Shown piece after piece: positions 12,058 through 25,580 of a stretch of DNA of 35,262 nucleotides. A program made the position numbers and the translations under genes. This DNA comes from Nemertoderma westbladi (Eukaryota > Animalia > Xenacoelomorpha): the NCBI GenBank assembly GCA_032718475.1, contig JAUCBJ010004249.1:1-35262 (forward strand), written 5' to 3'. A model generated the notes under the pieces. The model saw nothing but the letters and a program-made list of their open reading frames with translations. It ran no database searches and was not told where the DNA came from. Position 1 is the first letter of the stretch, and each line of letters begins with the position of its first letter.

Positions 12058-12690
12058 GGAGTCAACCATATTTTGCATATGTTTATTGGAATCAGCTATA
12101 TTGTGCTTCTGTTTATTAGAATCGGCCATATTGTGCTTCTGTTTATTGGAATCGGTCTGTTTATTGTAATCGGCCATAGTGTGCTTCTGTTTATTGGAAT
12201 CGGTAATATTCTGCTTCTGTATATTGGAATCAGCCATATTGTGATTCCGTTTATTGGAATCGGCCAAATTGTGCTTCTGTATGTTGGAATCAGCCATATT
12301 GTGATTCCGTTTATTGGAATCGGCCAAATTGTGCTTCTGTATGTTGGAATCAGCCATATTGTGCTTCTGTTTATTGGAAACAGTCATACTGTGCTTCTGT
12401 TTATTTGAATCCGCCATATTGTGCTTCTGTTTATTGGAATCGGCCATATGGTGCTTCTGTTTATTTGAATCGGCCATATTGTGCTTCTGTTTATTTTAAT
12501 TGGCCATATTGTGTTTCTGTTTATTGGAATCGGCCATATTGTGCTTCTGTATATTAGAATCGGCCATACTATGCTTCTGTTTATTTTAATCGGCCATATT
12601 GTGCTTCTGTTTATTGGAATCGGCCATATTGTGCTTCAGCATATTGTGCTTCTGTTTATTAGAATTGGCCATATTGTACTTTTGTTTATA
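12058..12690. repeat. 30-bp tandem array (ATCGGCCATATTGTGCTTCTGTTTATTGGA), about 21 copies
   Basis: Direct periodicity; accounts for the repetitive ORFs on both strands. Confidence 0.93.
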
Positions 12691-12759
12691 TCTGCAATGC
12701 ATAGTATTGTGACTTATTACTTATGGTTTAAGATTTTTATAATTTATTTACTTTTTCAG

Positions 12760-12938
12760 TGTTATTTCTTGTGGGGACTCCATTCTATAAAATGCACCCC
12801 CCAAAAGGGAACATAGTGGTAGAAGTTGTAAAGTCAATATTTCTTGCGTTAACCAATAAATTTAGGCGAGGTTGGTGTTCGACACACACCGACCGAAGTC
12901 ATTGGATGGATTACGCGCTAGATCACCCCGATACAGAG
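12760..12938 (+). CDS. SLC15A1/2: SLC15 exon 3
   Basis: TTTTTCAG acceptor, phase 1 fits exon 2; (V)LFLVGTPFYKMHPPKGN...HWMDYA; donor GAG|GTTGGT, phase 0 fits exon 4. Confidence 0.92.
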
Positions 12939-15900
12939 GTTGGTAAACACATTGATTTATATTTATTCATTGTATTAACCCGATACAGAGGTTGGTAAAC
13001 ACATTGATTTATATTTATTCATTGTATTAACCCGATACAGAGGTTGGTAAACACATTGATTTATATTTATTCATTGTATTAACCCGATACAGAGGTTGGT
13101 AAACACATTGATTTATATTAATTCATTGTATTAACCCGATACAGAGGTTGGTAAACACATTGATTTATATTTATTCATTGTATTAACCCAATACAGAGGT
13201 TGGTAAACACATTGATTTATATTTATTCATTGTATTAACCCAATACAGAGGTTGGTAAACACATTGATTTATATTTATTCATTGTATTAACCCGATACAG
13301 AGGTTGGTAAACACATTGATTTATATTTATTCATTGTATTAACCCGATACAGAGGTTGGTAAACACATTGATTTATATTTATTCATTGTATTAACCCGAT
13401 ACAGAGGTTGGTAAACACATTGATTTATATTTATTCATTGTATTAACCCGATACAGAGGTTGGTAAACACATTGATTTACATTTATTCATTGTATTAACC
13501 CGATACAGAGGTTAGTAAACACATTGATTTCTATTTATTCATTGTATTAACCCGATACAGAGGTTGGTAAACACATTGATTTATATTTATTCATTGTATT
13601 AACCCGATACAGAGGTTGGTAAACACATTGATTTATATTTATTCATTGTATTAACCCGATAAAGAGGTTGGTAAACACATTGATTTATATTTATTCATTG
13701 TATTAACCCAATACAGAGGTTGGTAAACACATTGATTTATATTTATTCATTGTATTAACCCGATACAGAGGTTTGTAAACACATTGATTTATATTTATTC
13801 ATTGTATTAACCCGATACAGAGGTTAGTAAACACATTGATTTATATTTATTCATTGTATTAACCCGATACAGAGGTTGGTAAACACATTGATTTATATTT
13901 ATTCATTGTATTAACCCAATACAGAGGTTGGTAAACACATTGATTTATATTTATTCATTGTATTAACCCGATACAGAGGTTTGTAAACACATTGATTTAT
14001 ATTTATTCATTGTATTAACCCGATACAGAGGTTAGTAAACACATTGATTTATAATTATTCATTGTATTAACCCGATACAGAGGTTGGTAAACACATTGAT
14101 TTATATTTATTCATTGTATTAACCCGATACAGAGGTTGGTAAACACATTGATTTATATTTATTCATTGTATTAACCCGATACAGAGGTTAGTAAACACAT
14201 TGATTTATATTTATTCATTGTATTAACCCGATACAGAGGTTGGTAAACACATTGATTTATATTTATTCATTGTATTATCCCGATACAGAGGTTGGTAAAC
14301 ACATTGATTTATATTTATTCATTGTATTAACCCGATACAGAGGTTGGTAAACACATTGATTTATATTTATTCATTGTATTAACCCGATACAGAGGTTTGT
14401 AAACACATTGATTTATATTTATTCATTGTATTAACCCGATACAGAGGTTAGTAAACACATTGATTTATATTTATTCATTGTATTAACCCGATACAGAGGT
14501 TGGTAAACACATTGATTTATATTTATTCATTGTATTAACCCGATACAGAGGTTGGTAAACACATTGATTTATATTTATTCATTGTATTAACCCGATACAG
14601 AGGTTGGTAAACACATTGATTTATATTTATTCATTGTATTAACCCGATACAGAGGTTGGTAAACACATTGATTTATATTTATTCATTGTATTAACCCGAT
14701 ACAGAGGTTAGTAAACACATTGATTTATATTTATTCATTGTATTAACCCGATACAGAGGTTGGTAAACACATTGATTTATATTTATTCATTGTATTAACC
14801 CGATACAGAGGTTGGTAAACACATTGATTTATATTTATTCATTGTATTAACCCGATACAGAGGTTGGTAAACACATTGATTTATATTTATTCATTGTATT
14901 AACCCGATACAGAGGTTGGTAAACACATTGATTTATATTTATTCATTGTATTAACCCGATACAGAGGTTGGTAAACACATTGATTTATATTTATTCATTG
15001 TATTAACCCGATACAGAGGTTGGTAAACACATTGATTTATATTTATTCATTGTATTAACCCGATACAGAGGTTGGTAAACACATTGATTTATATTTATTC
15101 ATTGTATTAACCCGATACAGAGGTTAGTAAACACATTGATTTATATTTATTCATTGTATTAACCCGATACAGAGGTTGGTAAACACATTGATTTATATTT
15201 ATTCATTGTATTAACCCGATACAGAGGTTAGTAAACACATTGATTTATATTTATTCATTGTATTAACCCGATACAGAGGTTGGTAAACACATTGATTTAT
15301 ATTTATTCATTGTATTAACCCGATACAGAGGTTGGTAAACACATTGATTTATATTTATTCATTGTATTAACCCGATACAGAGGTTTGTAAACACATTGAT
15401 TTATATTTATTCATTGTATTAACCCGATACAGAGGTTAGTAAACACATTGATTTATATTTATTCATTGTATTAACCCGATACAGAGGTTGGTAAACACAT
15501 TGATTTATATTTATTCATTGTATTAACCCGATACAGAGGTTGGTAAACACATTGATTTATATTTATTCATTGTATTAACCCGATACAGAGGTTAGTAAAC
15601 ACATTGATTTATATTTATTCATTGTATTAACCCGATACAGAGGTTGGTAAACACATTGATTTATATTTATTCATTGTATTAACCCGATACAGAGGTTGGT
15701 AAACACATTGATTTATATTTATTCATTGTATTAACCCGATACAGAGGTTGGTAAACACATTGATTTATATTTATTCATTGTATTAACCCGATACAGAGGT
15801 TGGTAAACACATTGATTTATATTTATTCATTGTATTAACCCGATACAGAGGTTAGTAAACACATTGATTTATATTTATTCATTGTATTAACCCGATACAG

Positions 15901-17366
15901 AGGTTGGTAAACACATTGATTTATATTTATTCATTGTATTAACCCGATACAGAGGTTGGTAAACACATTGATTTATATTTATTCATTGTATTAACCCGAT
16001 ACAGAGGTTGGTAAACACATTGATTTATATTTATTCATTGTATTAACCCGATACAGAGGTTGGTAAACACATTGATTTATATTTATTCATTGTATTAACC
16101 CGATACAGAGGTTAGTAAACACATTGATTTCTATTTATTCATTGTATTAACCCGATACAGAGGTTGGTAAACACATTGATTTATATTTATTCATTGTATT
16201 AACCCGATACAGAGGTTGGTAAACACATTGATTTATATTTATTCATTGTATTAACCCGATACAGAGGTTGGTAAACACATTGATTTATATTTATTCATTG
16301 TATTAACCCAATACAGAGGTTGGTAAACACATTGATTTATATTTATTCATTGTATTAACCCGATACAGAGGTTTGTAAACACATTGATTTATATTTATTC
16401 ATTGTATTAACCCGATACAGAGGTTAGTAAACACATTGATTTATATTTATTCATTGTATTAACCCGATACAGAGGTTGGTAAACACATTGATTTATATTT
16501 ATTCATTGTATTAACCAAATACAGAGGTTGGTAAACACATTGATTTATATTTATTCATTGTATTAACCCGATACAGAGGTTTGTAAACACATTGATTTAT
16601 ATTTATTCATTGTATTAACCCGATACAGAGGTTAGTAAACACATTGATTTATATTTATTCATTGTATTAACCCGATACAGAGGTTGGTAAACACATTGAT
16701 TTATATTTATTCATTGTATTAACCCGATACAGAGGTTGGTAAACACATTGATTTATATTTATTCATTGTATTAACCCGATACAGAGGTTAGTAAACACAT
16801 TGATTTATATTTATTCATTGTATTAACCCGATACAGAGGTTGGTAAACACATTGATTTATATTTATTCATTGTATTAACCCGATACAGAGGTTGGTAAAC
16901 ACATTGATTTATATTTATTCATTGTATTAACCCGATACAGAGGTTGGTAAACACATTGATTTATATTTATTCATTGTATTAACCCGATACAGAGGTTTGT
17001 AAACACATTGATTTATATTTATTCATTGTATTAACCCGATACAGAGGTTGGTAAACACATTGATTTATATTTATTCATTGTATTAACCCGATACAGAGGT
17101 TGGTAAACACATTGATTTATATTTATTCATTGTATTAACCCGATACAGAGGTTGGTAAACACATTGATTTATATTTATTCATTGTATTAACCCGATACAG
17201 AGGTTGGTAAACACATTGATTTATATTTATTCATTGTATTAACCCGATACAGGGGTTGGTAAACACATTGATTTATATTTATTCATTGTATTAACCCGAT
17301 ACAGAGGTTGGTAAACACATTGATTTATAATTATTTACTGTATTAACCCGATACAGAGGTTGGTAA
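12927..17366 (+). repeat. 52-bp tandem array (CCCGATACAGAG|GTTGGTAAACACATTGATTTATATTTATTCATTGTATTAA), 85 units plus a partial, derived from the exon 3 donor
   Basis: First unit overlaps the last 12 exonic nt; unit starts at 12927 and 17347 are exactly 85 x 52 apart. Confidence 0.97.
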
Positions 17367-17485
17367 TATTAGCATCATTTTAGGGTCGGGGCGGGCAGTG
17401 GGTACTTTTGTGTAGATAATTCATTTCATTCCTATCGTTCGCCACTGTCATCTCTGTTAAACTCCAATAATAATTAAGTAAAATT

Positions 17486-17770
17486 GACACAGTTAAATAT
17501 ACACACAATACATTAACACAGTTAAATATACACACAATAAATTTACACAGTTAAATATACACACAATAAATTTACACAGTTAAATATACACACAATAAAT
17601 TTACACAGTTAAATATACACACAATAAATTTACACAGTTAAATATACACACAATAAATTTACACAGTTAAATATACACACAATAAATTTACACAGTTAAA
17701 TATACACACAATAAATTTACACAGTTAAATATACACAGAATACATTAACACAGTTAAATATACACAGAAT
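17486..17770. repeat. 29-bp minisatellite (ACACAGTTAAATATACACACAATAAATTT)
   Basis: Direct periodicity; a related array continues on the other side of the LTR element. Confidence 0.9.
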
Positions 17771-17779
17771 TAATTATAC

Positions 17780-18048
17780 TGTCAAATAAGCAAGAGTATC
17801 AATACAGTAGTAATAGTTTGTAATAATAATTATAGCTGTCTCAATAAGAAATGAAATATAACAGTTGAATAATAAACATATACAGTATGATCAAGGACAA
17901 AAACGAAAACAGCAGTAATAAGACCGGTAGGCGGCCTATCTAAGCAATTTATCTTTCTAGCACTGCGGCACTGTAGGTAATTACCGGTTTCTCCCTCCCA
18001 CCACCAATCTGATATCACTACTGTGCGGCAGTCTCACTTCTCTCTACA
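17780..18048 (-). repeat. 3' LTR
   Basis: Direct repeat of 24274-24542, about 9 mismatches by eye. Confidence 0.92.
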
Positions 18049-18939
18049 TCTCCCCCAGTGTATTAAAAAAAACTATAATTCTAATATCCCTGGGCACGTT
18101 ATACTGTTCGTTATACTTTCAGTTTCTTGACATTCGTATTCCTCAATGAACTGCTTAGGGTGCCTTATCGCACACCTGGAACGTGTAGTTGGGATTCCTG
18201 AGTTTACTCCTTGGTCTGTTTGACATATTCATCTTCACTATCGATTTCATCACTTTACGTTTCAGTGGTTTCTCTCTCAATATTTGTCTCAATCGTGTGT
18301 GGCCCCTGTGTTTTTCTCACATCATTGAAGTGTATCCTAATACCATTTATATTCACTGCCCATTTCCCAATTGATCTACTTGTACTGGCCCTCTCCACTT
18401 CTTCCAGCACTTAACATGTTGACTTTGTTTTACGTGCACACAGTCTCCAGGTTTTATGTCTTGCAGTGTGTCTGGGGTATCATTGTTTTCTACAAGATTC
18501 TAGATACCAGGAAGTTTTGTCTGCCGTTCTGCGAATCCATGAACGCACAACTCAGCAGGTGTTCCACTTTTATCCCGACCTTTGGTTCGATTATAGCAAA
18601 AGGTTGTCTGTTCAATCGTCTTACCAGATCGAGCTGATCATGCATTAATCGTTCGTCGTACTATTTCCACTGGGTCCTATGGTATGTATGCACAAACATA
18701 TGACATTCTAACTTCCCATATTTTCATAAACTCTTGAAATTTGTGGCTCCGGAAAGCTGGCCCATGGTCAGCTACATTCTCATCGGGTGGCCCCATTTCT
18801 GTAAAAATTTGCTGCAATTCATGGATCGTGTTAAATGCATTTTCATTAGGTACGCGACATACTATCGTATACTTGGTTGCACATTATCTTACAGACAAGT
18901 AGTGCCTATTAGCATATTCCATATACGTCCTCACCGAAT

Positions 18940-19345
18940 TGTCTGGAGCTTTAATTAACACTTCCGACAGTCCGTGGAGAGACGGAGTTTGGGAGAGATT
19001 GATTGGATCAATCAAAACGGCAATGGCGAAAGTAATACCGACGCAACGCATTTTGACAGACGACCAACTGACGACGTTGTTAATAGAAATCGAAGCGGTT
19101 CTGAATACTAGACCTATCGCTTTGATCCCAGACGACAACGACTCACAGTTTGCCTTGACACCAGTGCACCTGCCTATGCAGGCGCCGACGACATTGTTGC
19201 CCACCTCTGTACCTGTTGATAGTGACAGTTACGGCAAGAAAGCCTGGAAAATCACTCAACTATTAGCCAATAAATTCTGGGAATTATGACAGAAGTATTA
19301 TTTGCCCTCTATTTCAGCCAGAACCACTTGGTACCTTAATACCCG
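18940..19345 (+). mobile_element. BEL/Pao integrase fragment
   Basis: SPWRDGVWERLIGSIK...LIEIEAVLNTRP...LTP...KFW matches the BEL/Pao integrase C-terminal pattern. Confidence 0.85.
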
Positions 19346-19373
19346 ATGTCTGAAGCGTGGTCTTCAGGTCAAT

Positions 19374-19837
19374 CTACTACTACGATCTGCATGATGCATA
19401 GCAGCTGCATTATATATATATTACATATATATTAAGAATGCTGTGTTGGCTTGTCAACAAAATTGCACCACCACAACTCCCTATCACCCATGACATTTGC
19501 TAGATAATCTGCTCATCCGCATCTTCAAGGCCTGTGTCCTTTCAAGATACGTCTCAAGAAGGTCATGTGCTGTCCACCATGCTCATTCTCTCCATGAGGC
19601 CGCCGATGCACAAGATTATGCACTGACTGGTCCTCACCTGCGAAAGCAATGTCCCGCAAAGCGGAGGCAGTTCTGTTCATGTGTCAAGCTAGGGGAGACT
19701 AATGGAACACCTCCAATGTTGTATAGAGTCTGATTGGAGATGTGTTCATTGTACTTGACACAATGAACCTGGCGCAGCATTCTTGTGAAAATGCCATCCG
19801 GAGATTTGGTATCCTCTGCAGTTAGAGCCCAGCATGG
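19374..19837 (-). mobile_element. 3' fragment of the RTE-like LINE family seen at 29911-32103
   Basis: PCWALTAEDTKS...NQTLYNIGGV...LRFAGHCFRR; (CTA)n tail at 19374-19383. Confidence 0.92.
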
Positions 19838-20759
19838 CCAATCTACTCCACACCTTAGTAACCTGCTTTGTAGTTCCATGTTTCCAATCCAATGGACTAG
19901 GATCAATACTATTGCATTGAGGACATTGTTGACACACTTCCTTGACCAGATTTTTATCCGAAGGCACATTTTTAGAGTTCGATTACCTTGACACAGTTCT
20001 GTGATTCTTTCCACACTGGGATGAAACATAATATGGATGATCAATCGCTAGGTTTATTCCTTCGACTGCCACTTCTAACTCAGCCACATTGATGTTACTC
20101 GAATTGTTCGATTTTGTAGCCATGAAGCATCTTCTACTGTTTTCCCATCGATTTCCACAACAACTCCTTTCACTATGCTGCTAGCATCTGTCCATATTTT
20201 GCCCAGCATTGAAAATGAAATTGACCATTATCCTGTTGCTGGGTTATCTGCTTTTAAGCGTGTCAATGTTTCTCTCATCATTTGTTTCACTTTATCATCT
20301 ACGACATTGTCCCAATTTGTCTTGCACCCACATCTTTGCAGCCAGGCACATGCTGGTCTTAACCACCCTGCGAAGGGGTAATGCTCTGTAATTTACCACA
20401 AATAGAATATAATTCACGCCGTATTAGGCCTGGAGACACCACATCAGGAATGTATGCTTCTGTATCACGATTCCACCTCAATATTCCACTTCTATCTTCT
20501 GATATGTTTATTGTTTAACCCTAATACACGAATTCCATGATGTACTTGTTCTGGTGCCTTTGTTATAAGCCCATGATTTAATAAATGTTTACATACTGCA
20601 TCAGCAGATATTTGTTCTACTTTGATGTAAATATCGTAACGAAAGTTGTCAGTCACATCTTTAATTTCTTAATCGGTTGCTAATACTTCTTCACCCACTC
20701 GACTCATGATTTTTATCGCTGGTCCGAGACCAAATCCCATCAGTGACAATATATCTAAT

Positions 20760-21768
20760 CATGGAATACTAAATATACACGGAAGGACAAATGTATCATA
20801 CCGGTACCCCTGGAGACAATCTTTTTCTGTTATAAAACGATAGATATGGATGACAGAAAACCGCTGCTAAATTTTTTTCCAAATCTGTCGTGCCGTTTTT
20901 GAGATAGAGCATTTTATATAACGCTCCCATGGCCTACTATATATACAGGGCTTAATAAGCTGCATTTTGAGGTCATTCAAAAAGAGACCAGTTTTTTTTT
21001 TTACAACAATTTGATATTTTGACATAATTCTTTATTTTGACTGAATTGAAGTCTCCTCGTTAAGCAAGATACTAAATTATATGGTACAGTACAGTAGCTA
21101 GTGTTTTAGGTAGGTTTAGCTAGTAATTTTGACACTGGTTCCGACATCCTACTTCCTTCTATAAATATTTTGTAGTAGCGAGTTCTTATTACAATTTGTA
21201 TAGAAAATGTTCCAGAACATGTCAGCTATTTATTTAAAAAAATATGTTCTAGAAAAAATACTTTTTGTTCTAGAACATTTTTTAGAAAAAAATCTGGATT
21301 CTATTTAAAACGCATGGCATCGTTCTAAAACGTGTTTAAAATCAATAAAAAAAATTTCAAAATTTTTTTTTCTAAAAAATTCGTTCACAATATTTTTTTT
21401 CACAAATTTTTTATTGATTTTAAACACGTTTTAGAACGATACCATGCGTTTTAAATAGAATCCAGATTTTTTCTAAAAAATCTTCAAGAACAAACCTACC
21501 TAAAACACTAGCTGCCATATAATTTACTTTCTTGCTTAACGAGGAGACTTCAATTACATACAATTAATGAATTATATCAAAATATCAAATTGTTGTAAAA
21601 AAAACTGGTCTTTTTTTGAATGGCCTCAATATGCAGCACGACAGATTTGAAAAAAATTTAGCAGCGGTTTTCTGTCATCCATATCTATCGTTTTATAAAA
21701 TAAAAAGATTGTCTCCAGGGGTACCGGTATGATACATTTGTCCTTCCGTGTATATTTAGTATTCCATG
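20760..21768. mobile_element. Foldback MITE, P-element-like termini
   Basis: CATGGAATACTAAA...TTTAGTATTCCATG; palindromic over nearly its whole length; 7-bp TSD ATCTAAT. Confidence 0.85.
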
Positions 21769-21829
21769 ATCTAATCCTATTATATACAATACTCTGGAAC
21801 AGTTGTAGTGATTCGCTGATTTTGATTAA

Positions 21830-22695
21830 CCCTTAATACAACAACCATTTTTAGGGGGTCGGAGCCCACCCCCCCACCCCCTCATTTTTTTCAAATTTCA
21901 ATAAAATGCTACGAAATTCTGTATGATGATAGATCGACACCTTTTCTTACTGGTGGCCTGGCCGGATTTTTCAATTTCTCAGTTATTTCCATAAAACAAT
22001 CCCTTAAAAAATGTCTATTTAACAATGTTTAACCACCTCCGTAGACTTTATTTTACGTCTTTGAAATGTAATCTAGATATCATTCGAAGCGCCTTCGTCT
22101 GTAGATTTCGAATCTGAAAACCGTTTTAAATTTAACCAAAAATTGGTAAAGATATTATTATCAAAATACTAATGTGTAAATTTAGAGACGTAAATCGCTA
22201 TAATTCTGATGTTTTGTTGTCTTTATTCTAGAATATTAATTATTATTTAGCTGAGCGTTTAAAACTCTCCATCTTGTTTTTTCATTACCCATAATTAATA
22301 TTCTAGAATTGAGTAAAAAAAACATTAGAATTATAGCGATTTACGTCACAAAAATTTACCCCTTAGTATTTTGATAATATCTCCGGAAGTTCTTGGTGAA
22401 ATTTACAACGGGTTTCAGATTCCGAATCTGCAGATGAAGGCGGATCTAATGATATCTAGATTTCATTCCAAAGACGAAAAATAAAGCTGACGGAGGTGGC
22501 TAAATATTGCGAAATAGACGATTTTTAACGGCTTGTTGTATCGAAATAGCTCATAAATTAAAAAATCCGGCCAGGCCACCAGTAAGAAAAGGTGTCGATC
22601 TATCATCATACCAAATTTCGTAGCATTTTATTGAAATTTGAAAAAAATTAGGGGGGGGGGCTCCGACCCCCTAAAAATGGTTGTTGTATTAAGGG
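21830..22695. mobile_element. Foldback MITE, piggyBac-like
   Basis: TTAA|CCCTTAATACAACAACC ... GGTTGTTGTATTAAGGG|TTAT; long imperfect palindrome. Confidence 0.85.
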
Positions 22696-24273
22696 TTATC
22701 TATAAGGGTTGTATTATGGTGTATATAAATACGCCCACTTTAAGTCAATAATGTCAATGATGGCCGTTTTGCTGCCCATTCGACACCATTTGTGCATTTT
22801 CTCCATACACTTAGCTGCACCTCACCCAGGTGAGTTTTCAACATGACATTTCAATTCCCTATATTCTAATATTGGTCTTATAATGGGAATTGTGCCTCGA
22901 ATTTCTCCATGAATGTTTGGATCATACGGTACCATCCACTTGTGCATTATCCATTCTTTTTAAACATCATCTGATGTTCTGGGCGATTTTTATATTGTGT
23001 AGCTTTATTTACTAACACAGGTGTATGTATCATTCTTCCATTTAAATTCTGCGACCATCAAATACAGAAATAGACAATGAAAATCAGATTCATCGAGTTC
23101 AATGACCGGTTTGCGATTTTCTACTGAGTCAGTACCGCTATCAATTGCTACTGCTCCTCCTACTTAAATTCCTCCAGTCTGTTGTCCTTTTCCAAATAAT
23201 GCAGGTATTAATACTTGGGGAATCATTTGCTTTATTATATCAAATTCAAATATCACAATTTCTTCACCTAATATTTTCTCAATGACAAGAAAATTCCATT
23301 GAAATTGTTGTTCTGCTATTCTGATATTCTGATACTTCTATTAAGTGTACACTAAGTGTAACTTCCCCAATTACTTTAGTTTTTGTTTCACCATCTAGCA
23401 TCACTATACTATTTATTTGATTATAGGGCTAAACCTAGATATTACGATTTTTACACCATTCTGTTGAAATTAACAATTTACAACATCCTGAGTCAATCAG
23501 AGTTTTACAATTAAATCATCTCCTCGATTACTCATAAATTACAGTGCCAACAATCGGAACATTGTACGAGGGACTGTCCGATGGCTGCGACAGCCCCTGC
23601 CTCTCATTTCCAGACTACTGAATGTCACCCTGTACTCTATTCACACCCCTACCTCCTCGGCATCCACTCGCCACATGCCCAGCATAGATAGCCACATTTG
23701 AAGCACACTACTCCTATAGTCAGTAATCAGTATGACTATCTCCACGGAAATTCCCTCTACCTGAACGAACAACCACGATCATGAACAAATCCACTTCCAT
23801 CACTTGGGCATTCTTGTGCAAAGTGCCCAACATCATGGCAGCGAAAACATCGCACATCTATTGTTGCCATTCTCCCATACCTTGCACCCACATCTCGACT
23901 ACCTGGTACAACTGAATGGTAATCACGCATTCCACTGTGCGATTTTGCACTCCTTTGAATCCAACTGCCCCAAGACAATCCGTCGGCATTCGATTTCCCG
24001 CCAATAATCTTCTTGCTTCTGCAAGTAATTCCAATTGCTGCAGCCATTGCTTTCACTTCCCCGCAAATATTGTCAGGCAACCCATTCCCGAATTGCACAG
24101 CCAACATTTCTTGTGCGCATCGGCTTTTAATATCTTCAGTAACTAACGAAAGAAAGTAGTCGTCTTAAGTAATCTGACCGTCTTACTTTACTACGTAGTC
24201 TGATAGCTTGGGAACCGTTACACTTTACAGATTCACTAAAGAATATTATTTTTGAAGCCCGGTTAGCTTGTAC

Positions 24274-24542
24274 TGTCAAATAAGCAAGAGTATCAATACA
24301 GCAGTAATAGTTTGTAATAATAATTATAGCTGTCTCAATAAGAAATGAAATATAACAGTTGAATAATAAACATATACAGTATGATCAAGGACAAAAACGA
24401 AAACAGCAGTAATAAGACCGGTAGACGGCCTATCTAAGCAATTTATCTTTCTAGCACTGCAGCACTGTATGTAGTTACCGGTATCTCGCTCTCACCACGA
24501 ATCTGATATCACTACTGTGCGGCAGTCTCACTTCTCTCTACA
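24274..24542 (-). repeat. 5' LTR
   Basis: Direct repeat of 17780-18048. Confidence 0.92.
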
Positions 24543-24763
24543 ACAATAAATTGACACAGTTAAATATACACACAATAAATTGACATAAATATACACACAA
24601 TAAATTGACATAAATATACACGCAATAAATTGACATAAATATACACACAATAAATTGACATAAATATACACACAATAAATTGACATAAATATACACATAA
24701 TAAATTGACATAAATATACACATAATAAATTGACATAAATATACAGACAATAAATTGACGCAG
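24543..24763. repeat. 25-bp minisatellite (TAAATTGACATAAATATACACACAA), deletion variant of the 29-bp array
   Basis: Direct periodicity. Confidence 0.9.
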
Positions 24764-25445
24764 TTAATTAGGGGTGGGGGGGGGGGGGGTCCAGCTTTTT
24801 CAAAAAATTTTATTTATTTCATCTAGAGCACATTTTTATCAAATCTGTCTAAAAAAAACTTCCTATATGGATTTTCATTGTGTTTTCAGTTTCATACGGG
24901 TTCCGCGATTTCATTTCTCATGTTAGTATTCAAATTTGGCAACGTCGTGTCTGACTGTATGCCTGTCAGTTTGTCCGTCAAAATATTACCCGATAGCCTC
25001 AAAGCCAAACAGACAATTTGTAAGTCATAAAAATCTTGATATAGACATACAGACTAACTAACTAGATACTATTAAAAGTGAAATCTGACCTTAGAAATGA
25101 AATCAGCGACCAGGAAAACCCCCATAGCAAAAATCTAAGCATGGTTTGGTATCAAATGAAAGCTACAGTATGGTGTGTGCAATAATACAATTCGAGCATG
25201 TTTTTTAGATTTGAAGAGCATAAAATTAATATAATTAATATAACAACAATTCGCAAAGATTATGTTAAAAATGAGCAATTAATGAAGATTTATTTTTAGT
25301 GGTGTGTGTGGGGTTGCTCACCCTTGTATTGATAACGTCGTAGAAAACTGAAACATCAATATAATTAATAAATATCCTTTTTCCGATTCTGGAACAATAA
25401 CTCACTAAAATTATTCACTTAATTTTCATAATAAATTTGTTTTAG

Positions 25446-25580
25446 AAACAAAAAGTGGAAGACATTAAAGGTGTTCTCAAGGTGCTATTTCTTTATATTC
25501 CGCTTCCGGTGTTTTGGGCATTATTTGACCAACAGGGTTCCAGGTGGACCTTACAAGCTACAGTTATGGATGGAAGCTTG
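25446..25580 (+). CDS. SLC15A1/2: SLC15 exon 4
   Basis: VEDIKGVLKVLFLYIPLPVFWALFDQQGSRWTLQA; TTTAG acceptor, GTTAGT donor, phase 0. Confidence 0.96.

Larger units (their letters stand above)
17780..24542 (-). mobile_element. Decayed Gypsy/Ty3 LTR retrotransposon with nested insertions
   Basis: Two 269-bp TG...CA LTRs; polypurine tract next to the left LTR (TCTCCCCC at 18049 on +). Minus-strand remnants in the order gag CCHC (CFRCHDVGHFAQEC, ~23810), protease LIDSG (~23490), RT MGFGL (~20735), RNase H WTDAS (~20185), integrase (CQQCPQC ~19925; YANRHYL ~18900). Confidence 0.88.

Noticed and set aside
12046-12816. Repetitive ORFs (MADSNKQKHN or IGHIVLLFIG repeats)
   Set aside because: Products of a 30-bp unit that is a multiple of 3. 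Exons 2 and 3 join in phase without them, and the resemblance to a transmembrane segment looks coincidental.
12943-12948. GTAAAC as the exon 3 donor
   Set aside because: It would give phase 1, which is incompatible with the phase 0 start of exon 4.
12927-17366. CRISPR-like array
   Set aside because: Units are contiguous with no unique spacers, there are no cas genes, and the context is a eukaryotic intron. The same applies to the 29-bp and 23-bp arrays.
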